A stretch of 64,000 nt of DNA from the human T2T-CHM13v2.0 reference genome, Homo sapiens: NCBI RefSeq assembly GCF_009914755.1, contig NC_060930.1, one strand, 5' to 3'. Shown piece after piece: positions 30,561 to 51,560 of this stretch (position 1 is the first letter of the stretch; every line of letters starts with the position of its first letter). Under the pieces are notes generated by a model that saw only the letters and a list, made by a program, of their open reading frames with translations, searched no databases and was not told where the DNA came from. Made by a program: the position numbers and the translations under genes.

Positions 30561-31703
30561 CAAATCAAACCCCAGCTAGCCAGCCTCTCTATAAATAACA
30601 GATTATTTGTGAGTACATTGGTGTGTTTTCTGTTAGCATCCCACAGTGTTTTCTTCATATAACCTTCAGTTTAAAAGCTTTCCACTAAAATCCAAGGAGA
30701 AAAACATGTGTTTAAGCATTCCCTTGTGTTGCTATTGAGGGATGCTCTTCCTGTTCACCTGCCTCCCAGGTCCATACTCCCTCTGCTACGTGAGGGCCCT
30801 GCCGGGCCATGGGACTGTCCATGTGCAAATGCACCCTCTCTCTTTGAGCACTGCCAACTCCCTGGGGCTCTGCTCAGGGAGCAGGATACAAGTTCCCTTC
30901 TCCTGTCAGATACCAGAATCCTATTTGGGTTTTGGAGCCTCCACATGGCTCTGACCAGAAGGAAGCCACAGGATCTTTTACTCTAACGTCCACCAGAGTT
31001 ATTGATTCTCCTTGGATCTCCTCTCCTCATCTTTTGCTGAGGAATCTTTGTTGACTATCAGATTGCATGCCTTCAGCAGTCTGACATGCAGACCTACGTC
31101 CTACTCTTTCCACCACCCAAAGGCCTAAATTTTTGGAAAGCAAAAGCTAGGAACAGATCAAGTCTACTTCCCCTGCCTTCTCTCTCTCCTGAGATACAAA
31201 GAGCAAAGAAGAGAAATAAACTACTAGTATAAAAACCAGTGGCTAATATTTCAAAAATCTTTTTCTACCACTCTACTGTCTATCAAATGCCCACAGTGTG
31301 CAAAATATAAACTAGGCACTTTGCACATCTCTTTAGTTTTCCACAACTACCTACTATGTCAGCACTGCGCCGACAAGGAAACCAAATCTCAGAGAGGTGA
31401 AATGACTTGCCTACCGACACAGGACCGAGCCTGGGCCCCTTTGCCCTCAGATCCATTCTTCAACCATGCCCTGTTCTGCTCTGTTTAGGGCAAAGGGAGG
31501 TTCTCACATCAGCTGACAGGCAGCTGGTTTGGCCAACAGGAGGCACAGATAGGAAATGAGAGAGCGGGGAGGGGAAAGATGTCACCCCTTTTGTCTAAGA
31601 CAGCTTCACTGGCAGCTGCTGAATCTCCTGTGTGGCTCCAGCTCCCACTAGACAGGCAGTCTAGTCCTGGTTTCTGTGGGGCCCTGCTTTGGGATGTAGT
31701 AAT

Positions 31704-31811
31704 GAGGATGACCAACCATCTAGGTTTGCCTGGGAATGAGGAGTTTCCTGGGACACAGGGCTTTCAGTGCTAAAATTCAGAAATTTCTCAGCAAACATCT
31801 TGGTCACCCAA
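31704..31811 (-). mobile_element. MER81 hAT-Blackjack MITE
   Basis: TIRs GAGGATGACCAA / TTGGTCACCCAA, internal CTTTCAGTGCTAAAA, perfect 8-bp TSD GTAGTAAT (31696-31703, 31812-31819). Confidence 0.85.
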
Positions 31812-34444
31812 GTAGTAATAGCACCTTCTCTTCACCCCTAGGCTGCCTCTGTAGCCAAAGAGTGCTAGTTCCCGCCTGCAGGTAACCTCTGAGTCTCTGA
31901 CTATCCTCTGCATGGCTTTGCAGCCTCCAACACCTGTTCTACTCATCCCCTTCATTAAATTCCCTGTGTTGTAAATATTTGAAATTGTTGCTGTTTGTGT
32001 GGTTAGAATGGGTTTTTATACTAGTATTTCCTTTCTCTTCTTTGCTCATGAATCCTCAAGGGAGGGTTGGGGTAGGGAAAACAGCCCATACGTCTGATAC
32101 AGTTATCCAGCTAGTAAGTGCAAAGGTGATATTTTTACCAAAGGCTGTGCTGTTATCACTACATTAAATTCACTCAGAAGAACAGTGCTCAGGAAAAGAG
32201 GTTTCTTCACACCTGCCTGCCCCTGCCTGTATAATTTCACCACCAGGAAGTATAATTTTATTTTAACTTTGCCTTGAAGGATTAAGTCATAGTAACACAA
32301 CTTACAAATGAATTATTTTTAGCTTGAGCAAGTGAAACACAGCTTCTGTCTGCTTTTCTGAAGTGGAGTAGGAAGGAAAGAGGGGGAGGTTCCTGCTTGC
32401 TGCCTTGTGGAGTTCTACAGAGAGACCAGAAGCTTCTGTTTCAAAAGGAAGCAGTGGTTACACTTATGGTAATGGCAGAGGCCTCCCAGACACTGGCTTG
32501 GAGTTCTGTTTATTGGTTATGAGCACAGATTTCTGGATATCTCCCACCTGACCAATAAAATGGTCCTCGCTGCAGAATGCATCCAGGTAATTCACATTAG
32601 TGTGTGTAGCTATTGCTATAGTAACAAGAAACTGGGACTTTTTATCCCTTTTCTCATTTTTCTAAAGTTCCTTTTTTCAGGGCAAATATACATTCCATAT
32701 TTGAAAGAAAATAATTCATAAGTCAGAAATATGGCCTTAGATATTCAGATGCAATATAGGCTCGTCTGAAATACATTACAAAATAGTGATGTTGGACATG
32801 TGTCAATTAGTTCAAATTAGGATTTGCTGGTTGTGAATTGTACATATTTCAAGGCAAAAGAGTGTCCTAAAGAGTCATGTTTCAGATCAGTCTGCTTCTC
32901 ATTCACATTTAATTTTCTTGCAAATGTTGAAACATGGAACAGTTCGTGCTGAGCAATAAGCTATCAACTTGAATTCAACAGCTTCTAAAAACAAGTGGTC
33001 TGAGGTGTCCAAGTTCACAACAACCTGTTTCCAGATTTATTTCAGTTAGACAAGTCATTGAGCAGCCTGAACCCGGGAGACTAGAGCAAGAAATTGCTTT
33101 ATTTTTTTTCTTTCATCACTGCCCCCAAAGGAGGTGTAAGATGGTCCCCTTTCTGGCCCCCTCCAGACATCTCATGCAGGAGCCAGAGCTTTCTGGCCAT
33201 TTTCAAATACAAAAACTACAGTCTGGTTTAGTCCCTTTAAAACTTCAGTTCAACCTAGTGTTCAGCTCCTCTCTCCCCAAGGGTCAGCCTTAGGTCCTGG
33301 AGTTGGGAGGGCACCTGGTCAGTTCCTCCACTGGGATTGGGGCAGAGGAAGAGGGAGAGAGAAGGCGTTAGTGATTCTACTTGCCTAGTTGATTCTTATC
33401 TCCCCACTTGGTTGTCAATGAGTGCCCCACCGCATAGTGGTCTGACCCGAGAGATCTGCTTTGGCCTCCTGCCCTGGCAGCTCATGGTGAGGTTCTTCCT
33501 CCTGGAGGCCTGTGACCTTGCATAGACTGTTAACAAGATGACTCAGCTCAAGCCAGGCTACCTTGCAAAGTAGCCACTAGACCATCCTTCCATGCCAAAG
33601 AGTGGGAAGGGGAGATTTTCCTGCCCTGCCACCACTCCCAGTTCTTTTAGCCTGATTCAAAAAGTATGGAGGATAGATTAGCACAGAGTGAATTGCTGTT
33701 TCTGTGCCTTGTGCCAAATCCTAGGAGCATTTTTCTTAGAACTCACCTTCATATAGGTTGAAGGTGGAAGGTGGAAGCTTTCCTTTCGTTTCCCTAGGGA
33801 AAAGCCACTGTGTCCCTCTTCATAGACTGACATCTTTTTTTTCAAATGACTCATTTCAAGTATCTCCAGACTTCTGTTTAAATCAAGGACCAGGCTCGTG
33901 GTAGCTGGCCTGGTTTTGCTGCTATTTAACAGGTTATGACCTGTTCCTCCTGGGTACTTACTGTTTTTACTTTTAGGACTCTAAATGCAATCAAACATAA
34001 TAAGAACAGCTCCAGTCAACATTCTATTAAATAAATCATGAACCTTTGCAATAAAAGTATCACTACTAAAGACTATGCAAATAAGGAGGCCCTGGCTTCC
34101 AGTTCAGGTGGCTCTGAGCTGAGGGTAAGCACCAGGGCAGTGCCCTTTTACCACATCCGTCCAAGTGGGATCACCCTCTAGTGGGGACCTGGCCCCTTCT
34201 CCCAAGCCTGCCAATCAAGTTAAGTGCTTGTCTCTTTAACACTCAAGGAGAGGCACATTCAGGGGAGTTTTAGTCTGGGTGGGTAGAGCAAGGGCTTTCT
34301 GCTGAGAGGAAAAAGGCTAGGTCTGAGGACTGAGGGTGCACTGGGGCAGTGGGAATAGTGGGAGGGAAGATGTGGCACCAGGCTAGAGGGACATCCAGGC
34401 CAGAGTTGGGCTGCACTGAGGGCCAGGGAAACTGCTCTAGACAT

Positions 34445-34680
34445 ATGCAACTTATTCCCAATGGTTCAGAAAAATTTACATATATAAGTATGTGTGTATG
34501 TACACATACACACATATATGTGTGCATAAAAAGAAGAGAGAGAACTAATGACAAGCAAATGAGGTAACATATTAATAACAGGAGAATCAGGGTAAGAGGA
34601 TCATAGGTGTTCTTTGCACCGTTCGTATTTTTGCAACTTTCCATAAATTTGAAATTACTTCCTAATAAAACTTTTTAAAA
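34445..34680 (+). mobile_element. L1MC/MD 3' end fragment
   Basis: TGCAACTTATTCCCAATGGTTCAGAAAAA...TTTTGCAACTTTCCATAAATTTGAAATT...AATAAAA. Confidence 0.75.
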
Positions 34681-35011
34681 GGTACCCTTTGAATCTCTAC
34701 TATAGATAACACAGTCAATGAACTTTGTTCATCTCCCTTCATTTTCTCTTTCCTTCCACTTCATTTCTGCGTTGTAAATAATATTTACATACTGTTCAAA
34801 AATCCTGATTCTCACATCTGCTCTAGCCTTGACATTACAGTTAAATATTTTAAATGTCCAGCATCAGTGCTTTTGCCATGGTTTTTCCAGTCATCTCTTG
34901 ATCAGTTGAAGGTTCCCTTGAGGAGATTCCTTAAGAAAGGCTTATGGGAACAATATCCATGAGATCTTTCTTTAAGCACCTTTTACTATAGCTGATATGC
35001 TTGAATGTCAG

Positions 35012-35371
35012 TGTATTTAGTCCATTTTCATGCTGCTATGAAGAAATGCCTGAGACTGGGTAATTTATAAAGAAAAAGTGGCTTAACAGACTCACAGTTC
35101 CACTTGGCTGGGGAGGCCTCACCATCATGGTGGAAGACAGAAGTACAAAGGCACATCTTACATGGCAGCAGGAAAGAGCATGTGCCCGGGAACTGCCCTT
35201 CATAAAACCATCAGCTCTTGTGAGATTTGTTCACTGTCATGAGAACAGCATGGGAAAAACAAACCCCCATGATTCAATTACCTCCCACTGGGTCCCTCCC
35301 ATGACATGTGGGGATTATGGGAGCTACAATTCAAGATGAGATTTGGGTGAGGACACAGCCAAACCATATCG
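35012..35371 (-). mobile_element. THE1C/D solo LTR
   Basis: TGTATTTAGTCCATTTTCATGCTGCTATG...GGACACAGCCAAACCATATC; TSD GTCAG/GTCAA. Confidence 0.92.
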
Positions 35372-36142
35372 GTCAACTTACCAAAAGACAGAATTCTTGA
35401 TGCACACTTTGTAGAAACGGCTCCATTATCCTCTGGTAGTAAATACAACTGTGGAGAAACCTGCAGTCAGCTGGTTTTCTTTTACTGCTAAAGAAAAGGC
35501 TCGGTCTTTTTTTCTTGGCTGACCAAAGGCTTTTTTGTTGTTGTTATCATTTTAAAGTCCAATTACTTAAATAAGATATGCCTTTGGGTTGATTGATCTG
35601 GGCCAACTTTCTCTGGAACACATTTATGTCTCTGGAGATGTAAATGTACAAATTTTAGTCTCTCATTTCAGGAAAATTCTCTTGAGTGATCTCTTTGAAT
35701 ATTTATGGTATGCCATTCCTTTGCCTTGTTTTTTTCTTTAAAGACACCAAATGATATAGTTTGGATGTGTGTCCCTGCCCAGATCTCATGTTGAAATGTA
35801 ATCCCCAGTGTTGGAGGTGGGACCTGGTGGGAGCTGATAGGATCATGGGAGCGTATTTCTCAAGAATGGTTTAGCACCGTCCCCTTGGTGCCGTCCTTGC
35901 CACAGTGAGTGAACTGTCATGAGACGTGGCTTAAAAGTGTGTGGTACCTCTCCCCTCACTCTTTTGCTCCTGCTCTGGCCATGTGACATGCAGTGCTTGC
36001 TCTGCCTTCACTTTCTGCCACGATTGTAAGTTTCCTGAGGCCTCCCTAGAAGCTGAGTAGATGGCAGTATCATGCTTCCTGTATAGCCTACAGAACCATG
36101 AGCCCAGTAAGCTTCTTTTCTTTATAAAATACCCAGTGTCAG

Positions 36143-38861
<2,719 letters not shown>

Positions 38862-39414
38862 TATAAATTACCCAGTCTCAGGTATTTTCTTATACCAATG
38901 TGAGAATGGACTAACACATCAAATATGTGCATGCTGTATGCCCTTTGTCTTTTTTCTATAGCTATCATGGGATGGTATTGAATGGAGGCACTTTCCCCAA
39001 GTTGGCTGGAATTGGCTCCTAACTCCATCTATTTTTTCAAGGGGAAACTAATTGAGTCAGGTTGTATCTGATAAGCAGAATGTGTACCACACCAACCTGC
39101 CGGAATTTGGCTTCCATTTTCCAATAATATGTTTTCCTCTTCTCCTTTCATCAAAACAAGCAGCTGACCCTCACTGTCCTATCACTAGGAAGAAGGCTGC
39201 ATGAGAAGGAAGGGGCTCCCTTCTCATTGGTTTTAAAGTCCTAAGACTCACGTTTCCGTATCTCTCAGGATAACAAAATGATCAAATGAGAAAGGTACAA
39301 ACACAATTTTATGGTTAGTATTTGTTGATGAGTAGTGTGTTCTTTTTACCTTCCATTCACACTAAGTGCAGTGCAAAAAAGAAATCTGGTCTCCTCTTTA
39401 CCTTTTTACCTCTC

Positions 39415-39545
39415 AGAACTTCAGTTTTATCTCCTGTAAAATAAGGTCAATAAAAGGTGTCTTGCAAGATTCTTGCAAGGATTAGTGATAGAATAGGTAA
39501 CCTTCAGCTATGGTTTGTGGCATACAGTAAGTGCTTGACAGCTAG
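39415..39545 (+). mobile_element. MIR SINE
   Basis: TCAGTTTTATCTCCTGTAAAATAAGG...GGCATACAGTAAGTGCT. Confidence 0.65.
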
Positions 39546-42500
39546 ACAGGTATTGATCTTCCTATCATCATATCCCTTTGCTTTCCTCTTTTATATTTAG
39601 AAAGAACCCATCTCAATGGAAATAAAAAATGACTTTTGGGAATTTAGCCTCTCCCACAGTTGATAGAATTATAGAAAGGAAGTTTAAAACAAAATCTCTC
39701 ATTTGATTTTAACTCAATTTAGAAAACTCAAATTTTAGGGCACCCTGATTTACAACTTTAATATTTTTTAAAAAACAGTAGGAAAAAATATCTTACTTAT
39801 ATTTATTACTGTGGTAATAAAACACTAATCTGTTCAAGAAAGATAATTTGAAAAGTAGTTTTGAAAAATCACTTAAATGTTGAGTAGATCCAATAATGTT
39901 GAGTAGTAAGATCCAATAAAACATAGTGAAAATAGTACAGGTTTGGACATAAAAAATGCCAAGCCAGAGGACTTGGGCTTAAACTACACAACTCTTTTGA
40001 ACTCCAAGTTTCTCATCTATAAAATGGCACTTATTTATTTCTCTCATAGGACAGTAGGGTTAAATGAAATAAGAGATATGAAGAGGCTATGCAATTTTAA
40101 TTATTATCTACTGTGTCCCAAAGTATTTGTATTATAAAAATAACTTTGGGATTCATTATTCATGCTTGTGAGTCTGGATTTCTATAGTTTCCATATTTGC
40201 CAGGGTCAAGGTGGAAGCTACTCAAAATAGCAATTATTACCTTTGCCTAGGTGTTATCTAAGCACCTGGCAGCTAAAAAGGGAGCCAAGGATACCTTAAT
40301 TGCCACCTCCCTTTCAATAATTTTCTTGAAGTCTATTAATGTTGCTTTTGCATGAAATGTTTCAGCATCTGGTCAGGCCAGGCAGGCACCCTCAGATCAG
40401 TTCAGCAGGTACTAAGGCCAACTAAGGAAATGAAACCAAAGAGCAATGGGAACAAGATTCTTTGTCTGCATCCATTTCTAGGGCAAACAGTCAATTACAT
40501 CTTTATTGTTACAGCTGGGGAAAGATCTTCACAAATTTGCCATTTCCCAAGCTTTCTAATAGCTAGCTATTCTTATGTGGTTCCTGCACTCAGCCAGTTG
40601 TCTGTCATCCAAAAACATTCTGAGAAGAATGTCTTTATTTTAAAATTCTGTGTGGGTGCAATATTCTTATAAGCTCTGTGAAATCATATCCTTTAGTTTT
40701 CTAGGTGTGGTATCTTATTGTTGTGATCTCTGAATAATGCAATTATCAGAAGATATAGTCATAAAAAGACTTCAGTAAACAGTTTGTGTTTTCTACATGT
40801 CACATTGAAGGGGCATGTGAAATAAACACTGCCACTATTTTTGCTATCTCACCTACAACTTCTAGGCACAGTGCACAGCCATTCCTGTGAGCTCACTCTA
40901 TCCAACATAAGCCATGTGTCATCCATGATGAAGGTATCCTTCAACTATAGCAATAGCTTCATTCTTGGGGCTATTCAACATCTGCCAGGTTTAGTTTATC
41001 TTATTAACATTTTTAAAAGGCAATCTTTTTGAGTGTCTACAACTCACACTAGAAAAAAAAATCGATGAAGTAGAAATCACTGTCTTGAAGAAAATTTCTA
41101 GAATGTCAAGTATTTTCTGACTTTCCAGTCGGGGCTGGTTCATCATGATGACTGCATTCTTGCATGATAAGCTCCTATTTCCTATCAATTGTGCATCAAT
41201 TTACAGTATTGGACACTACTTAGCCAAGATTGTCTGATGGATCTAAGATATAACTTGCCAACAGCACAAGAAAAATGCTTTTTACATAATGAAACTGCAA
41301 ATAAATGAAAAAGGCTTTGATATTATCCAGGGATCAAGAAGAATTCTCTCCCAAAACCCCTCCCCTCACTATGATTCTTTGGTACTTTTAAAATTTGAAC
41401 TAATCATGTGGTTTGTAGCATTTAGCTTGCATGATTATGATAGAAGTGTGTGATAAAACCATTTCAACTGGATAGAAGGAGAGAATATATAAAATAATGA
41501 GTTACATTGGTAACTGGATTATTGTCTATATGACCAATTTATCCCCTCAGAAGGATTTTGATGAAATGCTGAAAGATTGCACGTGTTGGAAAGATAAAGT
41601 GAACAGCTATGTTGGAAACATAAGGAGCTGACTTGACAAATGTGCTTTCACAATGAATAACCAGAGCATCCATCAAAACAAAGGCCAATGCCTAGAAGAA
41701 AACGTGCGTAGCCACTGCATTGGCCCATGTCAATAGATGGTGCAGGTTTTTGAAAAGACCAGATGTATGCACCTCTAGGACCAATCAAACAAGGCTTATT
41801 TTTCAGAGGACACCAAATAAGTCAGCTTAGTCAAGATATACAACAGTAATATCACCATCAATTGCTGCCCAGGCTGTGCACTGCCCAATTCCAGAGTCAC
41901 AATTCAATCGCAATGCACTGTGACTAGAACCCTCTGCAACTTGGCACCCTGCTAGAAAGACAGAGTTGCATTATCTCAGACAGATGCAGCCTTTAGACTC
42001 ACCCCCAATACCTCTCTATAGGGTTTTCAAAGTTGCAGATGATAATGTTTGAGTGACTTTCTAGAAGCACAACTACATCTCTCCAGCCCCAGCTTCATAG
42101 GCATCAGCCCAGCATGTTTCTCCACACAGCTTCACAGGGATACATTCCAGAGGTCACCATATGCAATCCAGGTATATTTCATCAGTCTCTGTGATATGTA
42201 ATACATAATACACAGCTTGTTCAGTCATGGACAAAAGCCTTATTCATCACCCTCATTCTCTCCAGGCTGGTACATCCCGGTCTAGGAACATTCTTAATGC
42301 TGCAGGTTGGGCCATTTTCCCAGTCTCTGGGAGCCATACTTACAAGCCCTTAGACTAGCTGAGTTTATTGTGAATGCTGAAATGCAAGGAGCATTGGGAC
42401 CGTACATTCCCATTCTGACTTTATAACATAAGGCCCAGAGAAAGATAACTTTGAGGAAGACTTCATGCAGAAGTGATGCTATACTCTTTATCTTCATATC

Positions 42501-42579
42501 AGCCAATAAGAGGAGTCAGCTTGTGTCAGTCTGTGACATAAAGCAAGCATTGGGCAATGGGTATCGCATGTGCTTTAAA

Positions 42580-42790
42580 GACTTACAGAAATGAGTGTGA
42601 CTCCTAGTTCTGCAATGGAGCCTCTGCCTTATATTGGGTCAGGCGCTTGGTCTCTATGAAGATTTTTTTTCGCTTATGATATTGTAATAACACTTAACTC
42701 CCAGGATTAACAATAGGATTAATGAAATGTGTATAGAGCTCCTGGTACAGTTCCTAGCATGTGGTAGGTGACTAATGACTAGTACCTATT
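42580..42790 (+). mobile_element. MIR SINE
   Basis: AGGATTAATGAAATGTGTATAGAGCTCCTGGTACAGTTCCTAGCATGTGGTAGGTG. Confidence 0.6.
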
Positions 42791-43110
42791 AATTTTATTA
42801 TAAGAATGAACTCTAAATCATGAGAACAATTGTATAGCACTAAGTGAAAGAGTATGTGTATGTGTGTGCATTCATAGCATTGTATTTTTATAGTAAGTTT
42901 GAAAATTAATCCTAATTATACAAATTAATAGAAGAATACAGTCTCCTTTTAAAAGAAAATAGAACATTATAGAAGAAATTAAAATTTATTTTGGCCACTC
43001 ACTACCACTCCCCATTAATTCCATTTTCTTCTCTACCTCCTAGAACCAATCAAGATTTTTATATTTAAACATATATGTGTGTAAAAGTACATGCTTTAAA
43101 AATTATCAAG

Positions 43111-43905
43111 ACTTAGCCATTCCAGCCTTTGGGCTCTAGAGAGTCCAATCCCAATGGTGGTAGAAGGGATCACCCAACACAGCACAGCTGCTCTGCCAAC
43201 AGATGGCCAGACTGCTTCTTTAACTTGGTCCCTGATTGCACCCCTAACTCAGCAGGACCTCCCAGCTAGGACCTTCAGCCACCCTCGCCTGTGTTCCCCA
43301 GCCAACAGAGATTTGAATTTCTTCTGTGACAGCACTCCCAGAGGGAGGGGAGGGCCACCATCTTTCCTGTTTGGGCAACTTAGCAGTTTCAGCCTTCAGG
43401 CACTGTTTTGGTCTAAGCCAAATGGAGCAGAATGAATCCCACAGTATAACACAGTTGGTCTACCCAAGCATGGCCAGACTGCTTCTTTAAGTGGGTGCGC
43501 AATCCCATCCCTCTTAACTGGGCAGGACCTCCCAACTGGGGTCTCCAGCAGCCCCTGTCGGTGTTCTCCAGCCAACAGAGATTTGTAACCTCCCTAGGCT
43601 GGAGCTCCCAGAGGGAGAGGTGGGCCACCATCTTTGCTGTTTAGGCAACTTAGCCATTCCAGCCTTTGGGCTTCAGAATGTTGGAGGTGACTGGGGGCTG
43701 AAGTGGACCCCCAGCATAGCATAGATGCTCTACCAAAACATAGACACACTGCTTTTTAAAGTGGGCCCTCAATTCTGTTCCTCCTCACTGGGCAGGAACT
43801 CCCAACTGGGGTCTTCAGCCACCTCCTACAGGGCTGGAAACAAGTCTGTACCTCCCTGAGACAAAGCTTCCAGAGGGAGGGGCAGGCTGCCATCTTTGCT
43901 GTTTC
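43111..43905 (+). repeat. Three ~268-bp tandem monomers in the L1 5'UTR
   Basis: ACTTAGC(C/A)..TTC.AGCCTT recurs at 43111, 43378 and 43648; CCCAGAGGGAG..GGGCCACCATCTTT recurs with the same period. Confidence 0.85.
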
Positions 43906-44822
43906 ACAGCCTTCACTGGTGATACCTTAAGGTGCTGGAAAACCTGAGGTGACTAAGGACTGGAGTGGGCCCTAAGCATACTACAGCAGCCCTGTGGAAA
44001 AGTAACCAGACTGTTATGTGGGTGCACATTCCCATGTCTCCTCACCAGGCAGGTCCTCCAGGCCTGGGCCTCCAGCCATCCCCCACCAGAGCTATTGAGT
44101 CAGTAGCAGCCCAGCAACTCCCTGGACAGGGCCTCCAGGGGCAACTGAAAGCCTCTCTGCCACTGCCTCTGCAGCAGAAGTGCCCTTGCTACCTTCAGAC
44201 TAAAAAAGGAGCAATTACCTTAAGTACTTTATCTACACCTTCAACAAGCTCCAGCCAACCAAAGGAGAGGTGGCCAGTCCATCTGTTATGGGCCACCACC
44301 CACCCCCACAAACTGCTTGTCACCAGATAGGGAACTCCTGGCTTGGGCCTACAGCACAAACCCTCCATCTTGGGTTGGTTGCACTGAGCAATTGCTGAAC
44401 TGCATTTCTCTGGTGGAACCCCCAGGAAACAAGCAAATGAACCTCAGCCACAACCACTACTAAGATCCCTTCCTCTGCAGCAGGCAGCCCAGGAGTGCCA
44501 AGTTGTGGTCTACAGCCAGCACTCAAGGTGGAAAGGAACCTACACTTTCAGAGAACTGAGAAGGAACATGGCTGCAACCGTGAGGAAATATCAGGGAGCC
44601 ACACAACTGAGCAAGAGTCTATTAATTGACCAATAAGCCCAGTGCCACCGGCTGCATCACACCTCAAAGCTTCAACACCAAATATACCTCACTAACATAT
44701 CCCCCTATGAACTAGAGACAAAAAGGCAGCTTCAAATAAAGACCCCGCACAAAGCCTCGACCTGGTGAAAACATCCAGAAAATAAGTCTACACTGCAGTT
44801 AAAGGAGCACCCATACCCAGAG

Positions 44823-45843
44823 ATGAGAAAGAAGCAATGTGAGAATTCCGGTAACTTGAATGGTCAGAGTGTTTTATGTTCTCCAAATGACCATACCAGT
44901 TCTTCAACAAGAGTACTTAACCAGGCTGAACTGGCTGGAATGACAGAAATAGAATTCAGAATATGGACAGGAACAAAGATCATTGAGATTCAGGAGAACA
45001 GCAAAACCCAATCCAAGGAAAATAAGAATCACAATAAAGTGATACTGGAGCTGAAGGACAAAATAGCCAGTATTAAAATGAATCTAACAGGTCCGACGAG
45101 CTGAATAACACAATACAAGAATTTCACAATGCAATTACAAGTGTTAACAGCAGAATAAATCAAGCTGAGGAAAGAATCTCAGAACTTGAAGATTGGTTCT
45201 CTGAAATAAGACAGTCAGACAAAAATAAAGAAAGAAAAACACTAAATAAAAAGAAATCAGCAAAACCTCCAAGAAGTATGGGATTATGTAAAGAGGCCAA
45301 ATCTATGAATTGTTGGCATCACCGAAGGTGGGGGAGAAAGCAAACAACTTGGAAAACATATTTCAGGATATCATCCATAAAAACTTCTCCAACTTTGCTA
45401 GAGAGGCCAACAGTCAAATTAAGGAAATACAGAGAACTCCTGCAAGATTCTACACAAGATCATCCCAAGACACAAAATCCTCAGATTTTCCAAGGTCAAA
45501 ATGAAAGAAAGAAAAAATGTTAAAGGCTGCTAGAGAAAAAAGGGCAGGTAACCTACAAGGGAGCCCCATCAGGCTTAAAGCAGACCTTTCAGCTAAAACC
45601 CTGCAAACCAGAAGAGATTAGGGGCTTATATTCTACATCCTTAAAGAAAAAAAGAATCTTCAACTATGAATTTTATACCCAGACAAACTAAGCTTTCTAA
45701 GTGAAGGAGAAATAAGATCCTTTTCAGATAAGCAAATGTTGAAGGAATTCATTACCATCAGACCTGCCCTACAAGAGATCTTGAAAAGAGCACTAAATAT
45801 AGAAAGGAAAGACTGCTACTAGCTAATACAAAAAACACACTTA
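44823..45843 (+). pseudogene. Disrupted L1 ORF1 (RNA-binding protein)
   Basis: Fragments MRKKQCENSGN...MTEIEFRIW and GEKANNLENIFQDIIHKNFSNFAREAN; multiple stops and frameshifts. Confidence 0.85.
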
Positions 45844-47141
45844 ACCACACAGACCAGTGTCACAGTTAAGCAACCACACAAGCAAGTCAACATAATAACC
45901 AGCCAACAGCACAATGACAGTATCAAATCCACACATATCAACACTAACCTTGACTGTAAACAGGCTAAATGCACCACTTAAAAGGAACAGAGTGGCAAGC
46001 TTGATAAAAAAGCCAGAACCCATGATATGCTGTCTTCAAGACATCCGTCTCACACTTAATGACACTCATAGGCTCAAAATAAAGGAATGGAGGAAAATCT
46101 ACCAAGCAAATGAAAAAGAGAAAAAAGAAAGAGTTGCAATCCTAATTTCAGACAAAATAGATTTCAATCCAACAAAGGTAAAAAAGAGAAATAAAGACAT
46201 TACATAATGGTAGATGGTTCAATTCAACAGGAAGATCTAGCTATCCTAAATATATATGCACCCAACACAGGAGCACCTAGATTCATAAAGCAGGTTCTTA
46301 GAGACTTATGAAGAGACAGACTCCCACACAATAATATTAGGAGACTTCAACACTCCACTGACAGTATTAGACAGATCATCAAGGCAGAAAACTAGCAAAG
46401 ATATTCAGGACCTAAACTCAATATTGGACCAAATGGATCTGATAGACCTTTGCAGAATTCTTCACTCCAAAACAACAGAATATACATTCTTCTCATTGTC
46501 ACATGGCATATACTCTAAAATCAATCACATAATTGAACATAAAACAATCCTTAACTAATGTAAAAGAACCAAAGTCATGCCAAGGACACTCTCAGACCAC
46601 AGCACAATAAAAATAGAAGTCAAGAGTATAAAAGTCACTCAAAACCATGAAATTACATGGAAATTAAACAACATGCTCCTGAACGACTTTTGGGCAAATA
46701 ATGAAATTAAGCCAGAAATCAAGAAATTATTTGAAAATAATGAGAACAAAAATAAAACATATCAGAATCTCTGGGACACAGCTAAGGCAGTGTTAAAAGA
46801 GAAACTCATAGCACTAAATGCCCACATCAAAAAGTTAAAAGATCTCATATTAACAACATAACTTCACAAGAATGAATTAGAGAAGCAAGAATAAATCAAC
46901 CCCAAAGCTAGCAGAAGACAATAAATAACAAAAATCAGAGATGAACTGAAGGAAACCAAGTCACACAAAACCACTCAAGGGACCAATGAATCCAGCAGTT
47001 CGGTTTTTGAAAAAATTAATAAAATAGATAAGCCACTAGCTAGACTAATAAAGAAGAAAAGAGAGAAGATCCAAATAAACACAATTAGAAATGATGAAGG
47101 GAATGTTACTACTGACCCCACAGAAATAAAGATAACCATCA

Positions 47142-51560
<4,419 letters not shown>

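Noticed and set aside
43111-43905. Periodic repeats as a CRISPR-like or satellite array
   Set aside because: Units are ~268 bp, homologous along their whole length with no unique spacers, and lead directly into L1 ORF1.
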